Assembly: GCA_965219995.1 (NCBI GenBank)
Contig: CBDCOX010000002.1
Location: forward strand, 3,712,001 to 3,776,000
From: Candidatus Latescibacterota bacterium
GTDB lineage: Bacteria; Latescibacterota; UBA2968; GCA-2709665
Direction: 5' to 3'
Length of the DNA stretch: 64,000 bases
Made by a program: the position numbers and the translations under genes. Shown here in pieces: positions 20,026-29,303 of this stretch; the stretch's first letter is position 1, and each line of letters begins with the position of its first letter. The notes under the pieces were generated by a model. The model worked only from the letters and a program-made list of their open reading frames with translations. It did no database searches and was not told the origin of the DNA.

Positions 20026-20826
20026 ATGTCCGATAGAAGCGAAAAACAACCCATCAACTGGTCCGCGCTGACTTCGATGCGTTTCGCAGGCGTACAGGTC
20101 GCCGTGATCGCAGGCGTGGCGCTGGCGGTCGTGGCGGCCTCAGAGCTCGTGGTCCGCGCGTGGGACATCCCGTCCTATGTATTCCCGCTGCCGAGCGAGA
20201 TTGCATCCGCGCTTTACAAGTCCTTTCCGCTCCTGTGGCCCCACCTGCTGGTTACCCTTCAGGAACTGGGCCTGGGGTACGCCATCGGAGCTGTCGCGGG
20301 CATTCTCCTGGCCGCACTGATCACCCAGTTTCCATTCGTGGAAAAAATCGTCACGCCGTATATCCTGATTCTGGTTACCACGCCCATGCTCGCCCTCGTG
20401 CCGCTGCTGATCCTCAAGTTCGGGTTCGGCCAGACGCCCCGGGTCATCGCGGTGGCGCTCGCCGTCGGCCCAATGGTCATGATCAACGCCGCCACGGGCT
20501 TCCGTCGGACCGACCTGGCGAAAATCGCCCTGGCGCGGTCATACGGCGCCACGACCCTCCAGATCTTCCGAAAGGTCCGCTTTCCGCTCGCGCTGCCGAT
20601 GATCATTGTCGGCCTGATGGTTGGCGGCATCTTCGGCCTGCTGACCGCGATCGGCGCGGAGATGGTGGGCGGCGGGTCCGGCCTTGGCAACCGCCTGGTC
20701 TATTACTCCTCGCTCGCACGCATGTCCAGCTTCTTCGCCGTGATCATCCTCATCGCGGCGATCGGAATCGGCCTGTACGTCGCCTTTTACCTGATCGGCA
20801 AGAAATGGGCGAATTGGGAGAATTAG
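20026..20826 (+). CDS. ABC transporter permease (NitT/TauT family)
   Basis: Six hydrophobic segments; EAA-like ALARSYGATTLQIFRKVRFPLALP; IGAEMVGGGSGLG. Confidence 0.93.
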   Translation: MSDRSEKQPINWSALTSMRFAGVQVAVIAGVALAVVAASELVVRAWDIPSYVFPLPSEIASALYKSFPLLWPHLLVTLQELGLGYAIGAVAGILLAALITQFPFVEKIVTPYILILVTTPMLALVPLLILKFGFGQTPRVIAVALAVGPMVMINAATGFRRTDLAKIALARSYGATTLQIFRKVRFPLALPMIIVGLMVGGIFGLLTAIGAEMVGGGSGLGNRLVYYSSLARMSSFFAVIILIAAIGIGLYVAFYLIGKKWANWEN

Positions 20827-20834
20827 CAAAGGGC

Positions 20835-20953
20835 CGGGAGACGGAAGAGGTGAGACGGGAGAAGAAGCCCGTGCCGATAATTTCCTCCTCCTTGCCTACG
20901 GCATGAGAAGGAACCTCGCAAGGCAGGAAATCTCTCCCGTCTCACGTCTCTCC
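20835..20953 (+). repeat. Heptamer-armed dispersed element, type 2
   Basis: GAGACGG arm, then GAAGAAGCCC.TGCC...TTGCC.CGGCA...CCTC.C.AGGCAGG.AATCTC, then a CCGTCTC arm. A reverse-complement copy lies at about 53823-53945. Confidence 0.75.
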
Positions 20954-21103
20954 CGGTGAAGGGGGCTTGGGGAGAGAGGGGGTTTTGATTTTGGTTTTCG
21001 CTCTTGGCTGACGGCTGATAGCTGATAGCTTCATCCGAGGGGGCCGGGAGGAGAGGTCATGGCCCGTTCTCAAACCGCTAAGATTCAACCAGGAGGAAAT
21101 GAA

Positions 21104-22216
21104 ATGAAAAAAGACACCCTTACCCGCCGCGAATTCCTGGGATATTCATCGGCCATGGGCGTTATGCTCTGTATCCCCGCGAACCCGCTGAATGCAGGGG
21201 AAGCCGACAGAATCGTGTGGGTTTCCCCTCGAGGAAACCTGGAGGTCATGGATGACTTCAACCTGTGGGTCGCCCACGAAATGGGCTATTTCAAGGAGCT
21301 GAACCTGGACGTGGTGCTGCAGCCCGGCCCCACGGAAGCGCTGGCGGTAACCAAACTGGTGGGCCAGAAACAGGCGGACATGGGTTTCCCGTCTCCCGGC
21401 GTGCTGCTGTCCAGCATCGACGCGGGGATCCCGGTTGTCCTCGTCTGGGAGATGGTGATGAAACAGGTCTTCGACTTCGCCCTGCCCGAAGACAGTCCCA
21501 TCACGAAGGTCCAGGACCTGGCGGGAAAGAAGATCGCAGTCGCTTCAGAAGGCTGGCGCGTGATCATCGATCCGATCCTGGTGGAAGCGGGGCTCGATCC
21601 CAAGTCTGTGACCTATCTGCCTGGCGGCCCGCAATGGGGCCAGATGGTCGCCCTGGGGCGGGCCGACGCGGGGCTTGCATGGCGAGGCCTGGCGGCCCAG
21701 TGGAAGGCCCTGGGAATGAAGCTCAAATTCCTTGTGGGGATGGAGTTCTCCAATCATCCTTCCAACGGCTATGCCATCCACCGCGACGATCTGAAGGACG
21801 AGACCCGCGTGGATATCTGGACGCGCTTCTTCAAGGCCAACTGCCTGGCGTACGAGTTCACGCGAGCCAATCCCCGCGCGGCCGGGCAGATCACCTACGG
21901 CCGCTTTCCGGCGCTGCGGGAACAGATGGCGCCCCAGCTTGCGCTGGACTCGATGCTCGAATTGGGCACGATCTACTTTGACGGAGACCGCATCGGGAAG
22001 GGGTACGGATACAGCGACATGGAATCCTGGCAGGCCTACATCGACACGGTCCACAAACTCGGGCAGATCGAGAATCACTACAAGGCTCAGGACGTGGTCA
22101 GCAACGCCTTTGTGAAGGAAGCCAACAACATCGACAAGAAGCGCGCCCGCGCGGAAGGGAAGGCGTTCGAACTCAACGATGACTTCAAGGATCTGAAGGT
22201 CAATTATCCGGTGTGA
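21104..22216 (+). CDS. ABC transporter substrate-binding protein (NMT1/THI5/SsuA-like), Tat-exported
   Basis: RBS AGGAGG; twin-arginine TRREFL signal; GYFKELNLDV, DLAGKKIAV. Confidence 0.9.
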   Translation: MKKDTLTRREFLGYSSAMGVMLCIPANPLNAGEADRIVWVSPRGNLEVMDDFNLWVAHEMGYFKELNLDVVLQPGPTEALAVTKLVGQKQADMGFPSPGVLLSSIDAGIPVVLVWEMVMKQVFDFALPEDSPITKVQDLAGKKIAVASEGWRVIIDPILVEAGLDPKSVTYLPGGPQWGQMVALGRADAGLAWRGLAAQWKALGMKLKFLVGMEFSNHPSNGYAIHRDDLKDETRVDIWTRFFKANCLAYEFTRANPRAAGQITYGRFPALREQMAPQLALDSMLELGTIYFDGDRIGKGYGYSDMESWQAYIDTVHKLGQIENHYKAQDVVSNAFVKEANNIDKKRARAEGKAFELNDDFKDLKVNYPV

Positions 22217-22227
22217 GGGTCAAAGGC

Positions 22228-22525
22228 GGTGAGACGGTAGACGTGAGACGGGAGAAGACGTCTTTGCCCGATTGGTTCTTCCTTTGTGCCTGCGGCAGGA
22301 AATGAAACCGCATGGGGCAATAATAGCGGTGAGACGTAAGAGGGTAGACGGTAGATGAAGACAGTTCCAGCAGTGTTTCCACATAAACCGTGCCTGCTAA
22401 TTTACCGTTGTCGTAACCAACAAAAAGACCATAGGGCACTCATTTCTTCTCCCCTCTTCCGTCTTACGTCTTCCCGCTCCTCTGGCACTGATATCCTCTC
22501 ACGTCTCCCGTCTTACGTCTCCCCC
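22228..22525 (+). repeat. Heptamer-armed dispersed element, type 1, copy B
   Basis: Colinear with copy A over about 290 bp. Confidence 0.9.
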
Positions 22526-22608
22526 GGGGTAGGGGGTTTGGAGGGTGAGGTCTCCCGGTCGGGATTCGGGAATGGTGGCATTCGCGAAGAACTTTACAGG
22601 AGACAACG

Positions 22609-23793
22609 ATGATGGCCGATGACGCCAACGCGACGTACCCGGGTATCAGGATCACGGGCGTGGACACCTTCCTGGTACAGGGCAACTGCTGTTTCGTAAA
22701 GATCAGGACGAACGAGGGGATCACGGGACTGGGCGAGGGCTCGATCAGCGACAACAAGGCGGGCACCATCGCCCAGTGCATCAAAGACATGGAGGGTCAC
22801 CTCATTGGCAAGAACCCAACGGACATCGAGCGTCTCTGGCAGGGGCTTTTCCGCTGGAACCGCTGGCACGTGGGCGTGCTCTTCACAACCGCGCTCAGCG
22901 CTATCGATATCGCCCTGTGGGATATCCTGGGTAAGATCGCGGGGTTGCCGATCTACAAGCTGTTGGGAGGCGCCGCGCGGGACAAGGTGCGCATCTACGC
23001 CGGCGGCGGGGGGAAGGCGGGTGTGCAGCGCGCCCGGGCCATGGGTTGCAACGCCGTCAAGACGGGGCCGCCGGTAACCAGAGCCGGCGACCCGCTCACG
23101 GTGCCCATGCCCTGGGACCTGAACCGGGCGGTCCGCCAGATCGAGGAGATGCGGATCGAAGGGGGCGATGACTTCGACATCCTCATCGACGCCCACGGTC
23201 GCCTGACGCCCACAATGGCCCTGGAATACTGCAAGGCCGTGGAGCCCTACCGCCCCTTCTGGGTGGAGGAACCGATCCAGGTGGAAGGATCGAACGACGC
23301 GCTCGAGTGGCTGAGCGACCGCACCACGGTGCCCCTGTGCATGGGCGAGCGAAACTTCACCAAGTGGGGCTTCCAGGACATCATCGCGAAACGCCTGGTT
23401 AGCTACCTCAATCCGGACATCGTCCACTGCGGCGGCATCTCGGAGTTCAAGAAGATCGCGGCCATGGCGGAGGCGCAGTACATCCAGGTCTCACCCCACA
23501 TCACCTACAGCCGGGTGGGGGTCACCGCCGAAATACATATGGGCCTGAACTGCCCCAACAGCGTAATCCAGGAAATGGCCAATTACGCGGACGACTCAAC
23601 CAGAGAGAAGACCGACTGGAGGGACGACCTGTTCTACGGGCACCGGTACCGGGTCGAGGACGGCTTCGTGACGTTGCCGGACACTCCCGGTCTCGGACTC
23701 GAACTGAACGAGGAGGTCGCCCGCGCGCACCCCTACGAACCGATACTCCGGGAGGAACTCAGGTACGAGGACGGGTCGGTGGAGGACAACTGA
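22609..23793 (+). CDS. Mandelate racemase/muconate lactonizing family enzyme (galactonate dehydratase-like)
   Basis: SAIDIALWDILGK, LLGG, metal ligands DAHGR / EEP / GER, PDIVHCGGI, PGLGLE; RBS AGGAG. Confidence 0.9.
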   Translation: MMADDANATYPGIRITGVDTFLVQGNCCFVKIRTNEGITGLGEGSISDNKAGTIAQCIKDMEGHLIGKNPTDIERLWQGLFRWNRWHVGVLFTTALSAIDIALWDILGKIAGLPIYKLLGGAARDKVRIYAGGGGKAGVQRARAMGCNAVKTGPPVTRAGDPLTVPMPWDLNRAVRQIEEMRIEGGDDFDILIDAHGRLTPTMALEYCKAVEPYRPFWVEEPIQVEGSNDALEWLSDRTTVPLCMGERNFTKWGFQDIIAKRLVSYLNPDIVHCGGISEFKKIAAMAEAQYIQVSPHITYSRVGVTAEIHMGLNCPNSVIQEMANYADDSTREKTDWRDDLFYGHRYRVEDGFVTLPDTPGLGLELNEEVARAHPYEPILREELRYEDGSVEDN

Positions 23794-23820
23794 AGCGCCA
23801 AGACCCTCGCCTGGCGTAAG

Positions 23821-25947
23821 TCAGGTATTCATCACGACCGTTGCGTGGCTGGCCGGGCCGCAAATCCCCGCGCCGTTGCGCGCCTTGAGCCGCAGTTGGT
23901 TCAGGCCCTCGTGCAGTCTCCATTCCAGCGAGGATTCTGTCTGTTCGCGCCATTCGGCTTTGTCGATCTGCACCAGGAATGCGTCAAAGCAAGGCGTCAC
24001 GGTATCCACGTCCACCCGCAAGACACCCGGCTCGGCGGTTTCGCTCAAGTAGAGTTCCGTCCGGTTGAGCGGGGGATTGAAATCCTGCCAGCGCCTGGTG
24101 TGTTGTTGGTATTCGCGCTTGCGGGGGAACACATCGCTGTAGAAGCAATAGAAGAGATCGCTTCCCCAGTTGCTGGAGAGTCGCCACGGCAGCGGCCATG
24201 GCCGGCTGGCAAAGTCGTTTCGCCGCACCATCTGCAAGTGTCCTTTGAGCATCAGGTGCTCCGGACCTCCGCTCAGGTCGTCAATCGGAAACGCGTTGTC
24301 GCCCTGGCGATACGCCACGCGCGCGGCACGGAGCATTTCGAGGTCCGGCAGGTGCCACTGGATGGGATATTCCCATGTCGCCGGTCCCGGCATGACCTCG
24401 GCCAGACGCTCGCTGATTTCCACCAGATTCAGCGGAATGCCCGTGTCGGGGTCATAAATGTAGTAATCGCGCGTCGCATCCAGGAAGATCCACTTGTCGA
24501 ACTCGTTTGACCACACTTCGGCCACTTCGTGTCCGTACGTGTGTTTGGTGGAGATATTGACCCAGCGGGCTGGAAAGCCCATGGCCAGACAGGCGGCGAT
24601 CAAGGTCAGATTGCAGTAGAGGCAGTGGCCGTCGCGCCGGCGTTTCCGGTCGTCGCCAGGCCTGCTGGTGTTTCCACTTGCGTCCCTGTCAAGTCGAGGC
24701 AGGTCGTAGTAATTCCACCGATAGGCGTCGAGGCGGTCGATCGGCACTTTATAGGCCCACTGCATGAGTTGCAGCTGGGCCTCGAATTCAGTCGCCGCGC
24801 CTGAGACCACCGCATCCAGTTCAAAGCGGCGGCGCAGTTCGTTCAGGCGGGCGAAATCTTCGTGGACGTAGGGCAGGGACGGGCGAATGACGTGCCCGTT
24901 GCGGAACTGTTGAAGGCGGTAACGTCTATTGGATCGGCGCCTGTGCTCGCGACACTTCGCCTCCACGGAAATACCCTTGAAAACCGGCGTCACCAGCGGG
25001 TTGCGGGTATTCATGACAATCCTGAACTGCAGGTAGCGTCCGGCAGGAGCCTCCCATGTCTTCGAGGAATCCGTTACAGGCTCGAACGAGGACCACGCGG
25101 CCGCTGCAGGCGCCGGATTGTCGCACAGTCGCGCCTCTATTTCCACCTGGCTCCCCTCGGGCACTTCGACCTCCCATCCCACCCTGAACGCTTCGATATC
25201 GAGCAATTTCGCGATTCCTCCTGTATCCCCTCCCGTCGCCAGGTCGATCACCGGTGAGACAAAGGCGCCCTTCGGTACGCTGCGGTCCAGACTGAGGCGG
25301 ACGGCGTACTCCCCGTCGATTTCATCTTTCCAGCCCAGGCGTTCGAAATCCCAGGTACGGCCTCCGTCCCGGCTCTTGGCGCTGCGGTCAGGGTGACAGA
25401 GCCGCGTTTCAGATCCTCGCTTGAATTCTCCATCGGCGGCCACCATGATTTCCCAGCTGGTCTCCTCCGATTCAGCCCACAGGACGAACTCATTGGTACC
25501 CTGCCTCAGGGCGCCCACCGGCAGGGCCACCACGAACCAGTTGTCGAAGTGCGAGCCTCCCCAGTCGGTGGTGTAGTAGTGGCGGGCAGTCGGGTGGGCG
25601 ATCTTGCTCGGAGGTCGGATCAAGTGGTGACCGTTGATGGAGATGTGGAGCGCATGGTCATTGTCGTCCATTTCCCGTCCGTTGAAGATCAGCCAGGCCG
25701 CTGTGGCGCGAGGATCATCCAGGACCAGATCTTTTCGCGCCATCACTCCTTTATGCAATTTCTCAAACCACGACCGGTCCCCGGCGCCTTCGGGCTGGCC
25801 GATGGCCGGCGCATCGTCTTCGACCAGGAGCATATCATCGAGAACGATCGCCTTTCTCTGCTCGCAGTATTGGAGTCCATCGAACTGACCTCGTACTTCG
25901 AGCGCGGCGGCATCGAGCGCAAAACAGCAGTTGCTCTCTATCGACAT
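23821..25947 (-). CDS. Transglutaminase-like (Cys-His-Asp) domain protein with large N-terminal beta domains
   Basis: GHCLYCN, GHEVAEVWSNEFDKWIFLDAT triad. Start placed at ATG 25947 (RBS GGGGAG) because the longer ORF overlaps the dipeptidase. Confidence 0.75.
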   Translation of the reverse strand: MSIESNCCFALDAAALEVRGQFDGLQYCEQRKAIVLDDMLLVEDDAPAIGQPEGAGDRSWFEKLHKGVMARKDLVLDDPRATAAWLIFNGREMDDNDHALHISINGHHLIRPPSKIAHPTARHYYTTDWGGSHFDNWFVVALPVGALRQGTNEFVLWAESEETSWEIMVAADGEFKRGSETRLCHPDRSAKSRDGGRTWDFERLGWKDEIDGEYAVRLSLDRSVPKGAFVSPVIDLATGGDTGGIAKLLDIEAFRVGWEVEVPEGSQVEIEARLCDNPAPAAAAWSSFEPVTDSSKTWEAPAGRYLQFRIVMNTRNPLVTPVFKGISVEAKCREHRRRSNRRYRLQQFRNGHVIRPSLPYVHEDFARLNELRRRFELDAVVSGAATEFEAQLQLMQWAYKVPIDRLDAYRWNYYDLPRLDRDASGNTSRPGDDRKRRRDGHCLYCNLTLIAACLAMGFPARWVNISTKHTYGHEVAEVWSNEFDKWIFLDATRDYYIYDPDTGIPLNLVEISERLAEVMPGPATWEYPIQWHLPDLEMLRAARVAYRQGDNAFPIDDLSGGPEHLMLKGHLQMVRRNDFASRPWPLPWRLSSNWGSDLFYCFYSDVFPRKREYQQHTRRWQDFNPPLNRTELYLSETAEPGVLRVDVDTVTPCFDAFLVQIDKAEWREQTESSLEWRLHEGLNQLRLKARNGAGICGPASHATVVMNT

Positions 25948-25966
25948 AGTGTTGAATACTCCCCGG

Positions 25967-27022
25967 TCATTTCCACGCCGCGCGCAGCAGGCGGACCCAG
26001 TTTCCGTGCATGATGCCGGCAATGTCGGTCTGCGAGTACCCGCGTTTTTCCAGGATGGCGGGAATCTTCCGCAGGTCGGCGATGGTGTCGAGATCAACGG
26101 GGCACTGCTCCTTGCCGTAGCCCCCGTCCAGGTCGGTGCCGATGGCGGCGTGGCGGGAGCTCCCGGTCAGCTGGCAGACGTGGTCGATGTGGTCCACCAC
26201 GGTTTCCAGCGTGATGCCCGTGTTGTCCATGGCTGCCGGGTCCCACAAGGAAGAGATCATCCAGACGTCCATGGCTGTGCCAATGACGCCGCCGCGCTGG
26301 GCCAGCGCCTTAATCTGTCGATCGTCGAGTTGGCGGTCGTGGTCGCACAGGGCCCGGCAGCAGTTGTGCGTGGCCAGCACGTGACCGTTGAAGACCTCCA
26401 GGGCTTCCCAGAATGCCTGCTCGGCCAGGTGGCTCACGTCGAAGATAATCCCGGCCGCCTCCAGGGCTTCGAGCATGGGGCGGCCTCTGGCCGTGAGGCC
26501 GCCCGGAGCCTGGGTCCCGTGTGAGTAGGCGCTCACCCCGTAGTGACACAGACTTACGATCCGCAGGCCTTCATCCCACCAGTCCGGTACCTGTTCCGGC
26601 GCCACAATGCCGTCCGCCCCTTCCATGCTGAGGACAAACCCCAGCGGGGTCGTCCGCGGATCCTCATTCCACTCGGCCAGATGGGCGTCGAGTTCAGCGC
26701 GATCGCGAATCTGGCGCAAGACGCCCCTGGCCTCCATCAGGCGGTAGTAGGCCAACTCGCCCATGCACCCGGCGTAGGCGATGTCCTGGGTGCGCACCCC
26801 GGAAAAGCGATTACCCATCGAAGCAAGCCGGCAGTGCACCGTTACGAAGAAGAGTCCGATTCCGCCGCGCCGCAGTTCGGCGAAATTCACCACGTTCATG
26901 CCGCGGCCCTTCTGCGTCATCCCCGCCTCGGCCTCGCGTATTTCGGCGATGGGCTGGAGCAGGTCCCGGTCCCATTTGAGCGCGTTGTGGGCGATATCCA
27001 GGTGGGCATCGACGATCAGCAT
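25967..27022 (-). CDS. Membrane dipeptidase (peptidase M19)
   Basis: IVDAHLD, SMEGAD, DVSHL, ATHN, RQLDD, AIGTDLDGG, GNWVR. Confidence 0.92.
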   Translation of the reverse strand: MLIVDAHLDIAHNALKWDRDLLQPIAEIREAEAGMTQKGRGMNVVNFAELRRGGIGLFFVTVHCRLASMGNRFSGVRTQDIAYAGCMGELAYYRLMEARGVLRQIRDRAELDAHLAEWNEDPRTTPLGFVLSMEGADGIVAPEQVPDWWDEGLRIVSLCHYGVSAYSHGTQAPGGLTARGRPMLEALEAAGIIFDVSHLAEQAFWEALEVFNGHVLATHNCCRALCDHDRQLDDRQIKALAQRGGVIGTAMDVWMISSLWDPAAMDNTGITLETVVDHIDHVCQLTGSSRHAAIGTDLDGGYGKEQCPVDLDTIADLRKIPAILEKRGYSQTDIAGIMHGNWVRLLRAAWK

Positions 27023-27220
27023 GAAGGTTCTCCCATAAATAATATTCCAGAGGCGGTGAGACTTAAGACAGTAGTGGAAAAACCTGAAAGCGGTGAGACG
27101 GGAGAGGGTAGACGGGAGAGGAAGCGATACGCTGTTTCCGGTTTGTTCAGAGCATCCCGATAGGGCGCCCGTCGGCGGAAAAACCCCCCACCCCCAGACC
27201 TTTAGCGCCTTCGTTCGACT

Positions 27221-27290
27221 GTAGGGGCAACCCTTGTGGTTGCCCGCCTTTCGGTTGTTTCCTGGCTTCTTTGTGCCTTCGTGTGAGGCC
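27221..27290 (+). repeat. GTAG-type REP-like palindrome, second copy
   Basis: 25-bp core identical to 19915-19939. Confidence 0.8.
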
Positions 27291-27436
27291 TTTCTGTGTT
27301 ACCGGAGGCTGGGAATTTGTGGAGATGTGTATTTTGAATTCGATCTTGCTTCAAGCTGACAGCTGTACGCTGACGGCTGCCCTCTGCTCCCCCTCTCCCC
27401 GTGGGAGAGGGGGCCGGGGGGAGAGGTCGCGTAAAA

Positions 27437-27688
27437 GCGGGTAGAGGGTAGAGGGTAGACGGTAGAGGACGTATTTGCCCGATTGGTTTTTCCTTTGTGC
27501 CTCCGGCGAGAAATGAAACCGCACGGGGCAATAGAAGCGGTGAGACGCAAGAGGGTAGACGGTAGATGAAGACATTTACAGCAGTGTTTCCACACAAACC
27601 GTGCCTGCTAATTTACCGTTGTCGTAACGACCAAAAAAAACCAAAGGGCACTCACGGAATCTCCCGTCTCCCGTCTAACGTCTACCCG
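27437..27688 (+). repeat. Heptamer-armed dispersed element, type 1, copy C (preceded by a CCCCTCTCCC-GGGAGAGGGG palindrome at 27389-27413)
   Basis: Colinear with copies A and B. Confidence 0.9.
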
Positions 27689-27740
27689 ATTCAAGCTCAC
27701 CAATCCAAGCTGAAAGCTCTTTTGTACGACTGAAGATATA

Positions 27741-29234
27741 TCATTTTTCGATTCTGTCGAACAACGCCTTGACCTCCGCCTCCTTCTCCTCGCTGCGTTT
27801 GCTGATGTATCCCTCGCCGAAGTAGATGACCAGCGCGACCAGGATTTCGACCCCCGTGTAGATCTCGAATCTGTCCGTGAACTGAATCATGATGAAATAG
27901 GTTGTCACGCCGCCGATAAACGACAGGATCGCCCCACGCGCAGTCGGGCGTTTCCATATCATTCCGAACATCAGCGGGATCGCGATGGGCGACAGGAGGC
28001 CGCCGAACAGCTTCACCGTGAGGGAGAATACCTTGTTCATGCCCTGACTCTGGGAAATCACGATCGCTGTCACCAGAACCGCGATGCCGAAAATCGCCGT
28101 GATGGTCATGCCGGCCCTGAACAAAGTCCTGTCGTCGATCTCACGCCTGAAATTGCGCTGGTAGAAGTCCTTCGTGAACACGGCGGCGAGCGCGTTGATG
28201 TCGCTGTCGATCATGGACATGGTGGCGGCAAACATGGAGCAGACGAGCAGTCCGATCAGGCCCGGCGCCAGCGCCGAAAGAATCTTCTGCGTGACGAGGA
28301 TGTACGTCTGGTCCAGATCGAAACCGGCCAGCGGCTGCAGCGTAACCGGATCGAAATGTTCGGGCATCAGCAGCGGCGCGGCCCACGCGGGGACGAAAAT
28401 GACGATGGGATAGAACAGATAGAGAATCGCCGACAGGAGCGCGGCCCTCTGGGCATCCCTCGGTTTTTCCACAGACACAAATCGCTGCGCCAGACCCCAG
28501 GTGCCCCCGTTGTAGCTGAAAATGATCACAACCACGTAGACCAGCCAGAAACTCACGCCGATCCCGCCCGCTTCATTGAAGAATCCGGCGCGTTCCCGCG
28601 GCAGGCTGTCCCACATCGCGTTCCAGCCGCCCACCATATCCAGCGCGATGAACAGCACGGCCAGGCTCATCACCAGTTGAACCACGAACTGCACCAGGTC
28701 CGTAAGCACGGTTGCCCACAGCCCGCCGATAAAAACGTAGGCGATGGTAATCAGACCCGACACGACGATGACGGGCAGGACCGCCCAGCCGGTCACCACG
28801 TGGACCACGATCGAGATCGCGAACAGCTTGATGCCGAGGTCGATAAATTTGATGAGGATCCCCGAAACCGCGATCAGTCCCCTCACGGAATTGCCGTAGC
28901 GTGCTTCCAGGTACTCCACCGGTGTCAGCACTTTCAACCGGGACCACCTCGGCGCCCACACGAGGCATCCGATCACCAGCGCCACGAAAACCCCGAGCGA
29001 GAACAGGGTCCACATACTGAATCCCGTGACCGCCGCGCGCCCGGCAAACCCCACGAACGCCACCGCGCTGTATCCCGACACGTGGTGCGAGATGGCCGCC
29101 ATCCACCAGGGCAACCCGTGCCCTGCCGCGAAGTACTGTTCCACATTCGCGGATTTCCGCTTCGCCAGAATGCCAATCCACGCCATCAACACCGCGTAAA
29201 CCGCGATGACGGCATAATCAACTTGTGTCAGCAT
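27741..29234 (-). CDS. Sodium:solute symporter (SSS) family protein
   Basis: YFAAGHGLPWW, TPVEYLEARYG, GGLWATVLTDLVQ, AQRF, FAATMS. Confidence 0.93.
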   Translation of the reverse strand: MLTQVDYAVIAVYAVLMAWIGILAKRKSANVEQYFAAGHGLPWWMAAISHHVSGYSAVAFVGFAGRAAVTGFSMWTLFSLGVFVALVIGCLVWAPRWSRLKVLTPVEYLEARYGNSVRGLIAVSGILIKFIDLGIKLFAISIVVHVVTGWAVLPVIVVSGLITIAYVFIGGLWATVLTDLVQFVVQLVMSLAVLFIALDMVGGWNAMWDSLPRERAGFFNEAGGIGVSFWLVYVVVIIFSYNGGTWGLAQRFVSVEKPRDAQRAALLSAILYLFYPIVIFVPAWAAPLLMPEHFDPVTLQPLAGFDLDQTYILVTQKILSALAPGLIGLLVCSMFAATMSMIDSDINALAAVFTKDFYQRNFRREIDDRTLFRAGMTITAIFGIAVLVTAIVISQSQGMNKVFSLTVKLFGGLLSPIAIPLMFGMIWKRPTARGAILSFIGGVTTYFIMIQFTDRFEIYTGVEILVALVIYFGEGYISKRSEEKEAEVKALFDRIEK

Positions 29235-29303
29235 AGACCCTTCCTGTAGGAACACCGGTTTAAAATACCAGTTTCATTATCAGTCCACCCTCGACGCGTC
29301 CGT

